From Sphaerodactylus townsendi (taxonomy: Eukaryota), in contig NC_059425.1 in NCBI RefSeq assembly GCF_021028975.2, forward strand, positions 192,076,001-192,140,000: 64,000 nt of DNA, written 5' to 3'. The notes under the pieces are model-generated. The model saw only the letters and a list, made by a program, of their open reading frames with translations. It did not search any database and was not told where the DNA came from. The position numbers and the translations under genes are program-made. This document shows, in pieces, positions 1 through 13,600 of the stretch. How positions within the stretch are numbered: position 1 is the first letter of the stretch; the number at the start of each line of letters is the position of its first letter.

Positions 1-1477
1 TACCAGCCTATGAACTCCCAGCGTGAGATGACAAACATGTGGCAGCATCGGTGACAGAATGCAGAGGGAGAGCACAAGCCTGAAATCTGAGTAAAAACTA
101 CAGGGAGCATAAAAAGTCTGTAAAAAGATGCTGTTCCTCAATGCCAGCAATTAAATACAATGATGGAGGGTTTAAGAGAAATGCCTAACAGTCAGCCACA
201 TTCACATCTTTGTTTAATGTCACACCGTATTAATGTTACTAGAACATATCTGCTGACATCCAAAGACTTGGGGCTGTCCAGTAGAAACAAACAGTAGTTT
301 GTTTGGGCCTCCCTCCCCAATGTGGGGGAGGAACTTCAAATGAAGGGGAACCAGCCCCTCACTCCATGCAAGTGCATTCGCCGCCCGCCTGTGTTACCAT
401 ACCAACCTGGCATAGTTGGGGGAGGGCTTCTCAGGTACCCCTGCCCACTTGCAAGTCTAGGACAGGTGATGCTGGCATTGCAGAAATGGGAAGCCACTTT
501 CTGGCAATAGCCAGGTCAGCCTACAAGAATAGTTTTCCGGTTCTCATGCTCTCAGCCTGCTTGTCATGTCAGCACATTTTTAGCAGCCAAGGAAGAACAT
601 GTTCTCAATATGATACAGTAGCCCTGCTGAATGAATACTCATTTCAGCCACAAGAAAACGCCGGACGTCATGGCCTCCGCTGGTTATCTTAACACAGATA
701 CTCCCTTCTGTAACTAACTTCTTTTGACCACCTTACAATACATTCGATTGTTTCTCCAACAATCCACCTCGACCCCTCCCAGAGATTGTCCTGACATTCC
801 CCAAGGGTTGGTCTGACCCCCCCAGAGGTGGCCCTTCATCCTAGAAACCCCCCACCCTCCAAAAAAGCCCCTTGCCCAGTGCCACTGACACCTTTCAGTC
901 TTTGTCACTGTGCCCAACACGACGCACCCCCCTGGAACCAGATGCTGGTCATTTGGCTCTGAACCCTGGATCTTCTTCACTTCTTCACTACCCCAGACCC
1001 CTTTTCTATTCAAAATCTATTTCCCAACCCATCTATAACTTTGGAACTCTGTGTGTGCATGTTGCTGAATTGAAGTAAATGCTTGTGAACCCATTCCCCC
1101 CACGATAAAGACTCTGCATCATACTCCTCTGTGTGGAATTTCTTCTGAGAGTTGATCTCCATATATGCTGTTTTTACAGATCCCTTACCCCGGCCTCTTG
1201 CAATATCAACACAAGTCTGCTCTGAGCGAATATTCCCCACTATAACGAGAGGCTGCGTCTCCACCCTGAACGACACCTGCACAGGCCCCACAGGGTCCGT
1301 CTTCTGCCACCTGCAGAACAGAGCTAAGGAACCCCCATAATCTATTTATTATGCTACTGAAAACACGACTAACAAAACAGTATCATTCTGGCAATTTTCC
1401 GAACCTGCACTTATACTGCACTTATACAAACACACTAATAGGTGTGACAGTCTGTCAGATTTAAAATGCAAACTTAC

Positions 1478-1686
1478 TGACTGCCAGGCGAGGGATTCCA
1501 TGATCCGGTGTTCACAGCATTCCAAGTGTTTTATCATTTCTCGTGTGAGGCTTGGTTCTGCTTTAATAAAGCTCTCAATAACCTTGTATAAGTCGAAGGC
1601 CTTTAAGTCAAGTATATTGATAATCCATGGGAAAGACAAGTCTGTTTCCATCATCATGCGGTCATTTAGTAAACCATTCCTCAGGG
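1478..1686 (-). CDS. RB1: RB1 exon 17
   Basis: [69 protein letters not shown]; gtaag donor. Confidence 0.96.
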
Positions 1687-4600
1687 CTAGAGAAAAAAAC
1701 AACAGATTATTTTACCACTAATAGAGGATACGGCACATATTTCAACGCTGAGGTAGATGCCACTTTGCATAATATTCACTCAGACCTGGAAACCACCTGT
1801 GGCTCCCTGGGCACCCTTCCTCAGTGTGTGGCACCTGCCCCCTGTTCAGAGTGGGTAAAAAAGTCTGACTGGCCCCCCCACCCAGAAGAAAGAGCGAGCT
1901 GGCCACAGCAAGGTTGACATGTTGCTTTGTCCGCTACGGCCGGTGAATGCTGCTCCACGTGCCATGGCAATCTCACTCGCTTGCCCAGGAGAGAGTAGGA
2001 AGACTGATAGGGAAGGCTGCCCTCACCCCAGGAGTCAGGCGACTCTTTGGGGACATGGAAATTGCAAATGTCCCTCTTCACAAGCCACCAGGTAACCACC
2101 ACTGAGCCTCAAACTATTCCTACTGGGAAACATCCTTCTAAACAAGAAACAGGTTGTGTTCCAACCCTACACTTTATTATTTAAAGTACCTGTCTAAGTT
2201 CCAGTGGAGGTGGTACTGGAATGGAAGAAGACCATGTGTCACAGCAACAGAGTACCGTGCTCCCAACAGCTACTCCTCCCGCCTATTGACCCAAAAGTAT
2301 GCCATGACCAACAGCACTGAAAGCCACTAACATGTTCAAGAATGCCAAAGGGCATTCTTCTTCTTATCATCTGTGGGGCAGCTGAGGCGGCCTGCTTCCA
2401 GGTCTTAAGGCAGACTACGAAGGATCTGGATCATCAGGCTCAGGTAACAACAGCCTGGAACTGAGCCACCCCCATTCAGTTCAAGCACTTCGCTCAACAA
2501 GATTATTTGTGACTGACCTGCCTATAATTGCTCAGAGAGGTTTTAAGGCAGGTCTCGCATCCACACCCTTCAAGGAAGTCTGAATCTTCCTCTCTCCGTT
2601 CACCACTTCCTCTCTGAACCAGCCCTTGCGACCTCGTTGTCAGGAGCCCAGATGGGCAAGGGAGCTGGAACAGCACCCCCCCCCCCGGCCCCAAAATGTT
2701 CACATCCACAAGGGCACAAGGTCAACTTGCATTCATCCAAACAAGAGTAATGAGAATGTGCTCTGAAATCCTATAACTGGGCTACTAAAACTCTGGAGCC
2801 TAAGACAGTAGAGAAAAATGTGCAACTGTATCTACAAAAGGTCCTGTAAGCATGTAACAGGGACCAACCAAATTTCTCAAATGAAGAAGCTGCATTAGAA
2901 CTCAAAAATAACTCTGCTGGGCAACTATCCACCTCTGCCCTCTGAGGAACACAGGCCCACCCTCACAGCCACTCAGCAGACAAAAGGTGGACCTACTCAT
3001 TTTCAGCTTGATTCGCCCCAGGTTTTCACTTGGGCCCTTTCCGCAAGGGCCAATTAAACTGAGATAAACCCGGTAAAAAACCTGGGTTGGGGGAGAACTC
3101 TGCACGGATCCCGATCCTAATCCACTCCGCGTTCCCCCCCAACCCAGATTTTTTGACAATCGCGTTTTATGTGCGATTCTTTAGTTTTAATGCGACTTGC
3201 AGCCGGGGCAGAGCAAATGGAATTGCATATAACGTGATTCTCAATGACCCCTAACCCTGGCTCTCATCTGTGGAGCCATGCAGGGGAAACGGGCTGTCTC
3301 ATGGCCCCGGGGGGTGGGGGTGGGGGTCAGTCTNNNNNNNNNNNNNNNNNNNNNNNNNNNNNNNNNNNNNNNNNNNNNNNNNNNNNNNNNNNNNNNNNNN
3401 NNNNNNNNNNNNNNNNNNNNNNNNNNNNNNNNNNNNNNNNNNNNNNNNNNNNNNNNNNNNNNNNNNNNNNNNNNNNNNNNNNNNNNNNNNNNNNNNNNNN
3501 NNNNNNNNNNNNAGGTGTGTGCCCTGGTCAATGAGAAAGCCAGCTGTGCGAAGGGGCCGAGGCGAGGGCGGGTTCATGTAACCCACCTTCCCCCTGCTTT
3601 TATTGGTCCGTGCAGAAAGGGCCTTGCTGTGTCTGTCAGCCAACCAAGCACCCTCCTAGGTCAAAGCACTGAATGAGTTCTACAACAAGGAAGGGATTCA
3701 CAAGAGGGATTGAGTCAGCTGTCTAGGTTATTCCACACATTGTCCTGGACTACCCTCCATGCTAGCAGGAACACACACACACACACACACACACCCCTGA
3801 GCAAGATGTGAGGTCAGGCTCATTGTTTAACTGAATATGCTGGTATTTTCGCTTAACTTACTGCCATACGTCGCCAAAACAACTTCAAGAGCACAGGCCA
3901 GCAAAGAGACATGGAAGATGTTGTTGTTCAAAAGTTTGCTGCAAAAGAGTAAAAAAAGGAAGTCTCAGTAGTATGTTTAAACAGCAAAGAATCCTGAAGG
4001 TGTGTCTGACCAGCGTACCTGAAGTTGTGAATTGACAGTCGTTTTTCTTCCTGGAAAAGAGGCAGAGAATGAAGGTATATTTTAACATACTAAAAAAAAT
4101 TAACAACAACAAATGTATGAATTGTGTACTATGGTAGCCTACCGATTTTAAGATAGATTCCATCACTCTGTAGTATAATCGTACTCCAAGTCTGTACCTC
4201 TAAAAATAACGATGCAAAGAAACAGTGAGCTGAGTACTCAGCTTCTCATGCACACATCACGGGGTGGGTGGGTGGGGACGGGGGACTTACCTTGCCGGAA
4301 AAGCTAGAGCAATTAGCTACGTAAACTAGCTTGACTCTTTAAACTAGTCAAATCAAACTATGATTTTTTTTAAGCTCCAGAAGGCTGGGGCACTAAGCTA
4401 AAAGCAGAACAGAGTTTATAAAGGAAATGGACATTAAGTTTAGCAACACGCACGAGAGGGGCAATGAAAAAGTATCAACAGAATGGAAAAGGCTGGGAGC
4501 TGATGGCACTTTTGAAAGGGGGATGTTACAGGAGTTAGCGTTTTTGGCTTAGTAGTCAAGCATCAGAGGACTGCACGGATCAACAGAAATACGGAGCAGG

Positions 4601-7600
4601 TTCTAGGGTATTTCACTTGTCCTCAGATGTACAACACACACGTATGAGGTTAATTAAGTTGTTCGCTTGGGTAACTTCTCTGTAATGTCTGGTGTCACAA
4701 ATGTCACCTGGTCTCTACCCACTTGTCATACCATTCAACTCTTTCATACCATTTCTGAAGCTGCCTTTTTGAAACACAGAGAAAAGAGATTGTGTTCTTT
4801 TCTAGATTTGGACCACACATTAAGATGACATGTTTAAGACACTGGGGCTTGTTAAAGGCAAGATGTTTGCCAAAAAAATTTTTTTTAAACTGCCAAGCAA
4901 CTAACAAACAGGTACTTTTCAGCAACTGGAGAATTCTATTAATGCTGATTTTAACACGAACCCCCACCCCCACCCCCCCACACACTATAATCTGCTCATG
5001 ATTTCCAGAGTACCCTTTTTCCAGCACATCACAAATAGTTAACAATATATCAAATATCTCCTATTCCAGCATCACCTTCAACTCAAAGAACAAAGCAGTT
5101 TCAGGGACCTCCTTCCTTACCCTACATTTATACACAAAGAGAGATGAGAGTATTACCTGTGATCCAATTTCAATACATCCTTGGCCAATTGCTTCAGCAA
5201 ATTTCTGTTTGAAGACACAACTAAGATTTTCCACTCTTTCCAATACGTCTTGCGTAGGATTTGCTGTGCAGTTCTGTAATAAGTTAGGGAAAACTTTCTT
5301 TTAGACAGACTACTGTGAGATCCAAGAACAGTCTTCTCTTACCAAAACACAAGCTTCTACACACCACAGTTTGGCGGCAGAGCTTCAAGCTAGGAACCGG
5401 GAGGCCCAGGAGCAAATTCCCCGCTGCTATCTGAGTTCTCTGGGTGACCCTGAGCCCATCACTCTGTCTTGCTTAAATCCACCTACCTCACAGGAATGTT
5501 GTTATGAAGATTTAAGGAAGGAGGAGAGAACAATGTCGTAAACTACAGCAGTGTAAATCTTTTTTTTTAAGTATTAAGGAAAAATTAAAAAGGGAGGAAG
5601 CCTACAGTTTTTTAAAAGTCTAGAAAACAAAGATGCCTTTGGGTCTTATTTCAGCATTTAGGTCCTATTTTTTACTTAGAAACTGTCTATGCTGCCTGTC
5701 TGGAGACCTGGTCGAGGCAGCTCACAAAGCAAAACGTGACAAAATAATAAAAACATTAAAACACACACAAAGTCATGCACCATAAAATCAGAAAAGCATG
5801 CAATCACCGCCAAACCATGAAAAACAGACCTGAGCTCCTCCACAAACCCCAAACACAAAGTGAAGTAAGTAGCAACCCACGAAGTCAAGGGAGGGGCACA
5901 CAGTGGGGACGCTGGAAATATAGGCTGCAGAAAAGCATCTATGCCATAATCTAGCATGCCTTTCATGCTGTATTTTCTTTAACATTTCAAGTTATATATT
6001 AGTCACCCAGTTTTTGAATCATTTTGGGCCAGACAAGGGCCCCTTCCGCACATGCAGAATAATGCACTTTCAATCTACTTTCACAATTGTTTCCAAGTGG
6101 ATTTTGCACAGTAAAATTCAGCTACACAGTGAATTGAAAGTGGATTGAAAGTGCATTATTCTGCATGTGCGGAAGGGGCCAAGGTGATAAACAGATAGGA
6201 AGAAGAAATTTTTTTTAACCAGTGCAACCAGGAATCTTATTGTTTTTCCAGCAGGCTTTTGCTGGCAGCAATGCACCCATTTTGGTAAGGCCAGATATTT
6301 GTTGTGATGCCTTTGGCCAGAAATAATAGAACTGTGCCATCTCCATAAAAAGATAACTATGTAAACTTTGGTATTTTTTAAAATTGATAAGCGACTGTGA
6401 AAAATGCAATGAGGCCCTCCTCTTCTTTTAGTTAAAATATAACCACTTACATTAAAATAGGAGGCAAGGCTGTCTGACGGTCCATCACTTGCTGAGTTTA
6501 ACATCATCATTAACTGCTGAATAGTATTCATGGCAGCCCTGCAACAGGAGAACAGTTTTGTCACAATTTTCTGAAATGAGCAGAGTGCTTCCAAAATGAA
6601 AACAAACTCCTGGCCTGATCTCGTCAGTAGGTGAAGCTGGCCCTGGTTGCTGCTTGGATGGGAGAACGACCAAGGAAGCCCAGGGCTGCTGCACGGAGGC
6701 AGGCAATGGCCAACCACACCTTGGAACATCGCTTACCTTGAAAAACCTACGGGGTGACCAGAAGTCAGTCGGCTGCAAACGTAACAGTCCTTTAAACAGT
6801 CAAAAACACACACACGTGGCAGCCGCACCCTGACATTACTAATGTATCTGCCGACTTCCTCTAAATTAACATGATCACCCACCAGAGGTGTAGCAGGGCA
6901 AAATGCCCCCCCCCCCCCCGCGCCCCACTTGCCTGAGCCAGCGGTGGTCCCAAGCAGCCTGGCAGGGCCTGGCGGGGCTGAGGGATGCCCTGCAGTGGCC
7001 CTGCTAGGCCACTCCTTCAGCTGGCAGAACCTCCATTGGCAGAAGGAGAGGCCTGATGGGGCTGCAGCCGGCCGAGGGGGGAAGGGGAAGGTGTGGGGGG
7101 GGGGGGCAATTTCCCACCCCCATGTGACCGAATGGGGGCCCGCCTGGGGCATTTGTCCCCGCCCCACGGTAGCCACGCCACTGTTACCCACCCAAGTATT
7201 TCAACAAACTATGTTGTTATGAATTTATAGGATGTTGTGGCAGCCAGAGAGGGGTGAAGCAGCCCCCCTGGGCTCCACTCTCTTAGCTGACCAGATGTTA
7301 AGGAACAGGCTGCAAGAACTCTTTCTGCTGACCAAAGATGCCAGTGACAGAAGACTGAGCTTCCCAGTCCCATTTACAACAGCAGGCAGCAGCAGTTCAG
7401 CTGAAAATAGGATTTACATCATTACTATGGACCAGTGGGATTTTTCAGGTGGAAATCTTATAAGGCAGCATCATGTTTAAATGGTGGCTCAGAGCCGAAA
7501 GTTAAAAATCCTGCACAGGACTGAAATCCAGTTTCAGCTGCAAAGCGTAGAAATATCTGAAACTTTATACGCACTCAGAAATATTTTTCTAAGGCTTCAG

Positions 7601-10600
7601 ATAAAATTTAAAACTAGTAGAATTCAAATCATTCTTACCGGACAGGGGTCTGGGGAAGCGCACCCGGGGGATTTTCATCAGCATTGTTTTTTGTTGGTGT
7701 TCTCTCCAACTGCAAACTTCACAAGGGCAAAAAATGTACCTTCTATCAATGTTTTTTCAATACAAGACCTCACATTTATTTTCCAAACAAGATTTCTAAA
7801 CACCCTTCTTTCCTTTTCCATGTTCTCCTTCTGGCCAGGTTCCTTGTATGTCTTGGAAATGGAATTCCATTCTATTTCCACCTCCCTCTCATCTCAAGTT
7901 CTTTGAAGGTTTATTCTCTTAGTATGTACTGCTTGCTTGTGTGAATGCAGAACCAACCTTTTCCCCAAAAGCATCGTGACGTTCTGTGGTTATTTTTTTT
8001 ACATTATTTTAAAGAAGATGTTATAATTCACATGGTTCTGCTCACTGTCATCTTCTCTGACCTAGCTGAGATGTGACTCAGCAATGCAACAGGAAATCAC
8101 ACAACTAGAACGAATTGAACAATTGCATTCAGTAAAGGAAAACTTGCTCCAACAAACCTTCAGAATGTTAGTTATCAATGGAGTAATCAAATCTGATGGC
8201 CAGTTTACAAGATACTTTGGAGGAAGATGGAAGGCTCGAAGGATCTCCTTTAGACCCCATAATTCAGAACAGTAACAACTCATGGAAAATCTATTCATAG
8301 TAAAATTGTAACTTGATCTATTGTAAATAAGTGAACAATACAATTGAAGGGGCCCCTCTCCATCACCCTCCTGCCCACCACCCCTCTTGGTGCCCTCTTA
8401 GGTTACCCCGCTGCTTTTCGGGGGGGAGGAGGTGCTGTCCGTTTTGGGAACCACTGCATTAGTTTGATCAGGCATTGAGCAGGGGTTGGACTAGACCGCT
8501 TGTGCGGCCCCTTCCAACTTTGTGATTCTGTGAGAGATGCAGGAAGGATTCCTTCCCTTCTGTTCAGCCTTCTTCCAAATAAACAGCTCTTCATTTAGAG
8601 GAAAAGACATTAGAGGACCTTAGGCTGGTGGAAGGCTTCAAACCTGGCTGAATACAGGGGTAAGATACAGGTCAACTCTTGTTTTAAATCTGCAAATAAG
8701 ACCCAGGGCGAACGTTCACAGAAATGGTTGCTGCAACAGACATTCGGCTGCTTTCCCTTCCTCCCAGCTGTCTGCCGTTTGTCCTCCCTGAGGCTCTGCA
8801 GAGCCTTGCAAACAAAATGCTTTGGACAACACAAACAAATGTAACAAGATCTTTTTTTGTAAATATTATTATAGTGCAACGCTTTTCAAAGCATCTCATA
8901 ATTTTCATCTCATTGGCTGCTAGAACAGTTCTGGTTTTGGCTAAGGGATTATGATTCCCCGGTTCAACTCCCAGCAACTCCCATTAAAAGGATCAGGTGA
9001 TACGAAAGACATCCGTCTGAGACCGGGAGAGTCACTGTCTGGCAGAACAGATAAGTCTGGCCTCAACAGCCCAATAGTTTGAGGCAGCTTCGTGTGTTCA
9101 AAGGCCACCCATTTCCCCTTGTAGCACAGTTGGAGATGCCTGCAAAGTTAGGTACATATCACGCAAAACAAAAGATTACCATTCTGTGTGATCCTGTAGA
9201 GTTTCATCATTCTCCAGAAACAATCTGGCATCGATATCCTTGCTGCTCAGATACATTTCTTCATATTTGCTTGATATACTCTCAACCTTTGGTTTTCCAA
9301 AACAACAATAATTCTTTTTTAAAAAAACCCAATGCTGATGAAACCCTGAGATCTTTGCTGTTCTTCAAAGTGACTTCATTTAATATACTTCAGTTAGTTT
9401 AAAGAAAAAGCATTCATAAACTCAGAAATCCACCTGGCAGGAACTCTACCTGACACTGAGATTTGTTTATCTTCAGCTTTTTTAATAAGTTGTTACTAGT
9501 AGCTACTTGAAAACTTATCAAAACATCAGAAGTATGGAGAGCCTACAGCAGTGGTGGCGAACCTTTGGCACTCCAGATGTTATGGACTACAATTCCCATC
9601 AGTCCCTGCCAGCATGGCCAATTGGCCATGCTGGCAGGGGCTGATGGGAATTGTAGTCCATAACATCTGGAGTGCCAAAGGTTTGCCACCACTGGCCTAC
9701 ACAGTGACTAGAAGAAGAAATAGGGCTCACTGCAATTCTCTTTCAAGATAGTATATTATACTCGTATTACCTCTGAAAGTCCACTGGAAGCTGTGATGCC
9801 CACAGAATTCAGGAATGGAATAAAACTAGTGAAGTAAACATTTTTCACCTTAAAAAAAGCAAATCAGAAAAAGATCAGCACTATGGAAAGTTTCCTTTTA
9901 TTATTATAACTTCCATACACAATATATTGTAATGAATGAGATGTGCTAATATGTTTAGAAACTCTGCATTGCTGCCATTGGTACAAAAGGGCCTCTTGCA
10001 GTAACGTTTTGATACTCTGCACCGTTTGTGTACCCCATCCTGCGAAAGACCTTAAAAGAGAGCCAGCGTTGTGCAGTGGTTAAGACCAGGTGGACTCTAA
10101 TCAGGAGAACTGGTTTTGATTCCCCACTCCTCCACATGTGCAGCAGACTCATCTGGTGAATAAAATGTTTTTCCCCACTCCTACATTCCTTCTGGGTGGC
10201 CTTAATATAAGTGAATATAAAGAATGAGCCAGAAACAATATGGATATGAAGAAAAATTGCTCTGCCTGGCTCAAAAGAACAGAAATAAAACCACAAACTT
10301 TAATAGAAATGATTAAGAACATAACAACATAAAAACAAGCCTGCTGGATCAGACCAGAGTCCATCTAGTCCAGCACTCTGCTACTTGCAGTGGCCCACCA
10401 GGTGCCTTTGGGAGCTCACATGCAGGAGGTGAAAGCAATGACCTTCTGCTGCTGCTGCTCCCGAGCACCTGGTCTGCTAAGGCATTTGCAATCTCAGATC
10501 AAGGAGGATTAAGATTGGTAGCCATACATAGACTTCATAAATCTATCCAAGCCCCTTTGAAAGCTATCCAGGTTAGCAACCATTAACCACCTCCTGTGGC

Positions 10601-13600
10601 AGCATCTTCCAAACACCAATCACGCATTGCATGAAGAAACGTTTCCTATTATTAGTCCCAATTCTTCCCCCCAGCATTTTCAATGTATGCCCCCTGGTTT
10701 TAGTATTGTGAAAGAGAAAAATTCCTCTCAATCCTATCCCCCCTCAGATGTCTCCTCTCCAAACTAAAGAGTCCCAAACGCTGCAGCCTCTCCTCATAAG
10801 GAAGGTGCTCCAATCCTTCAATCATCCTCGTTGCCCTTCTCTGTACTTTTTCTATCTCTTCGATATCCTTTTTGAGATGTGGCGACCAGAACTGAACACA
10901 GTACTCCAAGTGCGGTCGCACCACTGCTTTATATAAGGGCATGACAATCTTTGCCGTTTTATTATCAATTCCTTTCCTAATCATCTCCAGCATAGAGTTT
11001 GCCTTTTTCACAGCTGCCATGCATTGAGTTGACATTCCCATGGAACTATCAACTAAGACGCCCAAATCCCTTTCCTGGTCTTTGACTGATAGCTCTGACC
11101 CCTGTAGCGTGTATATGAAGTTTGGATTTTTTGCCCCTATGTGCATCACTTTACATTTTGCTACATTGAACTGCATTTGCCATTTCTTAGCCCACTCACC
11201 TAACTTATAAAGCTCTTCGCTTGGAGCTCTTCACAATCCTTTGCGGTTCTCACCACTCTACATAATTTGGTATCATCCGCAAACTTGGCCACCAAGCTAC
11301 CCACCCCTACTTCCAGGTCATTTATGAACAGGTTAAAGATCACTACATCCAATAACCCAAATATCAACAACGGTGACAATAACGCAATACATGAACAACA
11401 CTAGCAGACAAAAAAGGGATCCCAAAATATGCACAAAAGATCATGAGTCTCTGTATAAATAATGTCCCTTCAGTGAAAACCTCGCAATTCAACTGTAAAG
11501 CATCAAACAGACCTCCAGTAATGGAATCCACTGAAATGAAATTAATGCTTGTCCTTCATCAAAACATTGAAATATCCAATTAGTCAGCTGCTTGTTGCTC
11601 TAATAATAGAAGCAAAGTACTCCCATTGCCAGATCTCACCTGGATGCCATCATTGGCATATAGTCAGATCACTTCCAGGCTGCAGCCTACCCCCTAGGGT
11701 TAGTTTTAGAAAAAAATTTGAATATTGTAATGTTTTGATGAAGGACAAACACTCTTTCCACTTCAGGGATTTGACTGCTGGAGGTCTGTTTGATTGGCCA
11801 TGCCAGCAAGGGCTGATGGGAATTGTAATCCATGATCATCTGAAGTGCCAGAGTTGGACACCCCTGATTTAAACCATTCCTCATGCTGTCAATCAAAGGG
11901 TTGCTATCAGCCATGCTGGCAGGGGTGGATGGGAATTATAGTCCATGAACGTCTGGGGCACTAGAGTTGGACACCCCTAAGCTAAGGAAAACAAAACACC
12001 GGGTCAAAAATTCAGTTGGCCTCACCTCATCCAAATTACAACCATGTTCTTTGCAAAGCTCCTCAATAACCTTCATATCTGTATCAGTTTGTTTTGATGC
12101 ACGTAAACTTCTGCTCTGACGTCTAGGAGTGCGCATTGAGCCATTAGCAGACAAAGCACTGATGGCAGATTCTAGAATAAAAAAGCAAGCACTGGGTCAA
12201 CAGATACCACCCTAATGGACTGTGTCCTATCATGCCAGGCAGCCAATAGCAATATATACTGTCGGCGGACGCAGCTTTGCACCACAGGCTAAGGACACAA
12301 CTCTCTGTTGCCCTCTCTTCTGTCAAATAGCTCACCAAAACCCACCCTTTGGATTAACCCAACAGCATATGTAGATATCCCGATTACCTTTCTTTTCTCA
12401 AACCACATCAAGAACCTCATTTTTTTAAAAACTGCAATTAAAAAAAAATCTCAACTCCCCCCTCCCCACATGCTTTCAGCAATCATTATGATCACTGCAG
12501 GTCTTTCAGAATAGCCTCCACGCAGAGAAAGCGGTTTTGTTTGTTTGGTGGAACAAGAGCAATTGGGAGATTGCAAAGTTCTCAAGAGACAACACCATCA
12601 GTTTCTGAGAAAGGGAACTCTGGCGTGCAAAAGCTCCCCCCCCCCCCACCCCCCAAAATCTTGGTGGTCCTGAAGGTGCTACCGGATTCAAATCTCGCCG
12701 TTTCACTGCAGACCAAGACAGCTACCCTCTGAAACACCAGCAATGCTGTGCAGGTACAGTAAGAATGCCACTCCTATAATATTCTCCACTTTCCTGGCAT
12801 GACTCGAGCTCAAAACGTTCAATTTTCCTCTGTTTTTTACATCAGCATAAGGGCAGAAGTGCCTTGCAGCCACATAAGTTCAGAATTGACTATAGGTCCG
12901 TGGTGGCGAACCTTTGGCACTCCAGATGTTATGGACTACAATTCTCATCAGCCCCTGCCAGCATGGCCAATTGGCCATGCTGGCAGGGGCTGATGGGAAT
13001 TGTAGTCCATAACATCTGGAGTGCCAAAGGTTCGCCACCACTGCTATAGGTGCAGAAGAAAAGGACAAACGATACTGTGGAGAAAACTTGGTTCCATTCA
13101 AACATCCTGTCAGTGTCTCTTAATATGGAATACAGTTATGAAGCATGCCAGACAAAACACAATGAATATCTTAAGTAGGCCACTTTTGATGTATGGACAC
13201 ACCAATTTCTATTCCTTTCCATTTTCTATTCCTTTCCAAAGACTATTCCTTTCCATTTTAAAAAGATTAAATCTTTACTGTATGGTTCCTTGAGTGCTGC
13301 AGGAGGCAACAGCTTGATAAAATAATCAAGAACACAAAGCAGCAGCTGGAAGGAAATAACCAGGTCGTCTTCCACCGGTAATACTTTCCCTGAAAATAGG
13401 AAGAGGACACTGTGTTAACCGGGCAAAAATATCTCATTGTACAATTATCAGAACATCTGTAATATTTCAAGTTTAGGAATATCACACCAGCACATTAGGT
13501 TGGAGTCAAAGAACAACAACAGCAACAACAACAAAAGCAGAACTCTGTTCATGGGCCGCTGCCGCTGCCTGTCCTCTGCTCCTTCCTGCCCCACTTGGAA

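Noticed and set aside
1-1477. LPAR6, nested in RB1 intron 17 in other vertebrates
   Set aside because: No 7-TM ORF in this part of the intron; it would lie beyond the window start.
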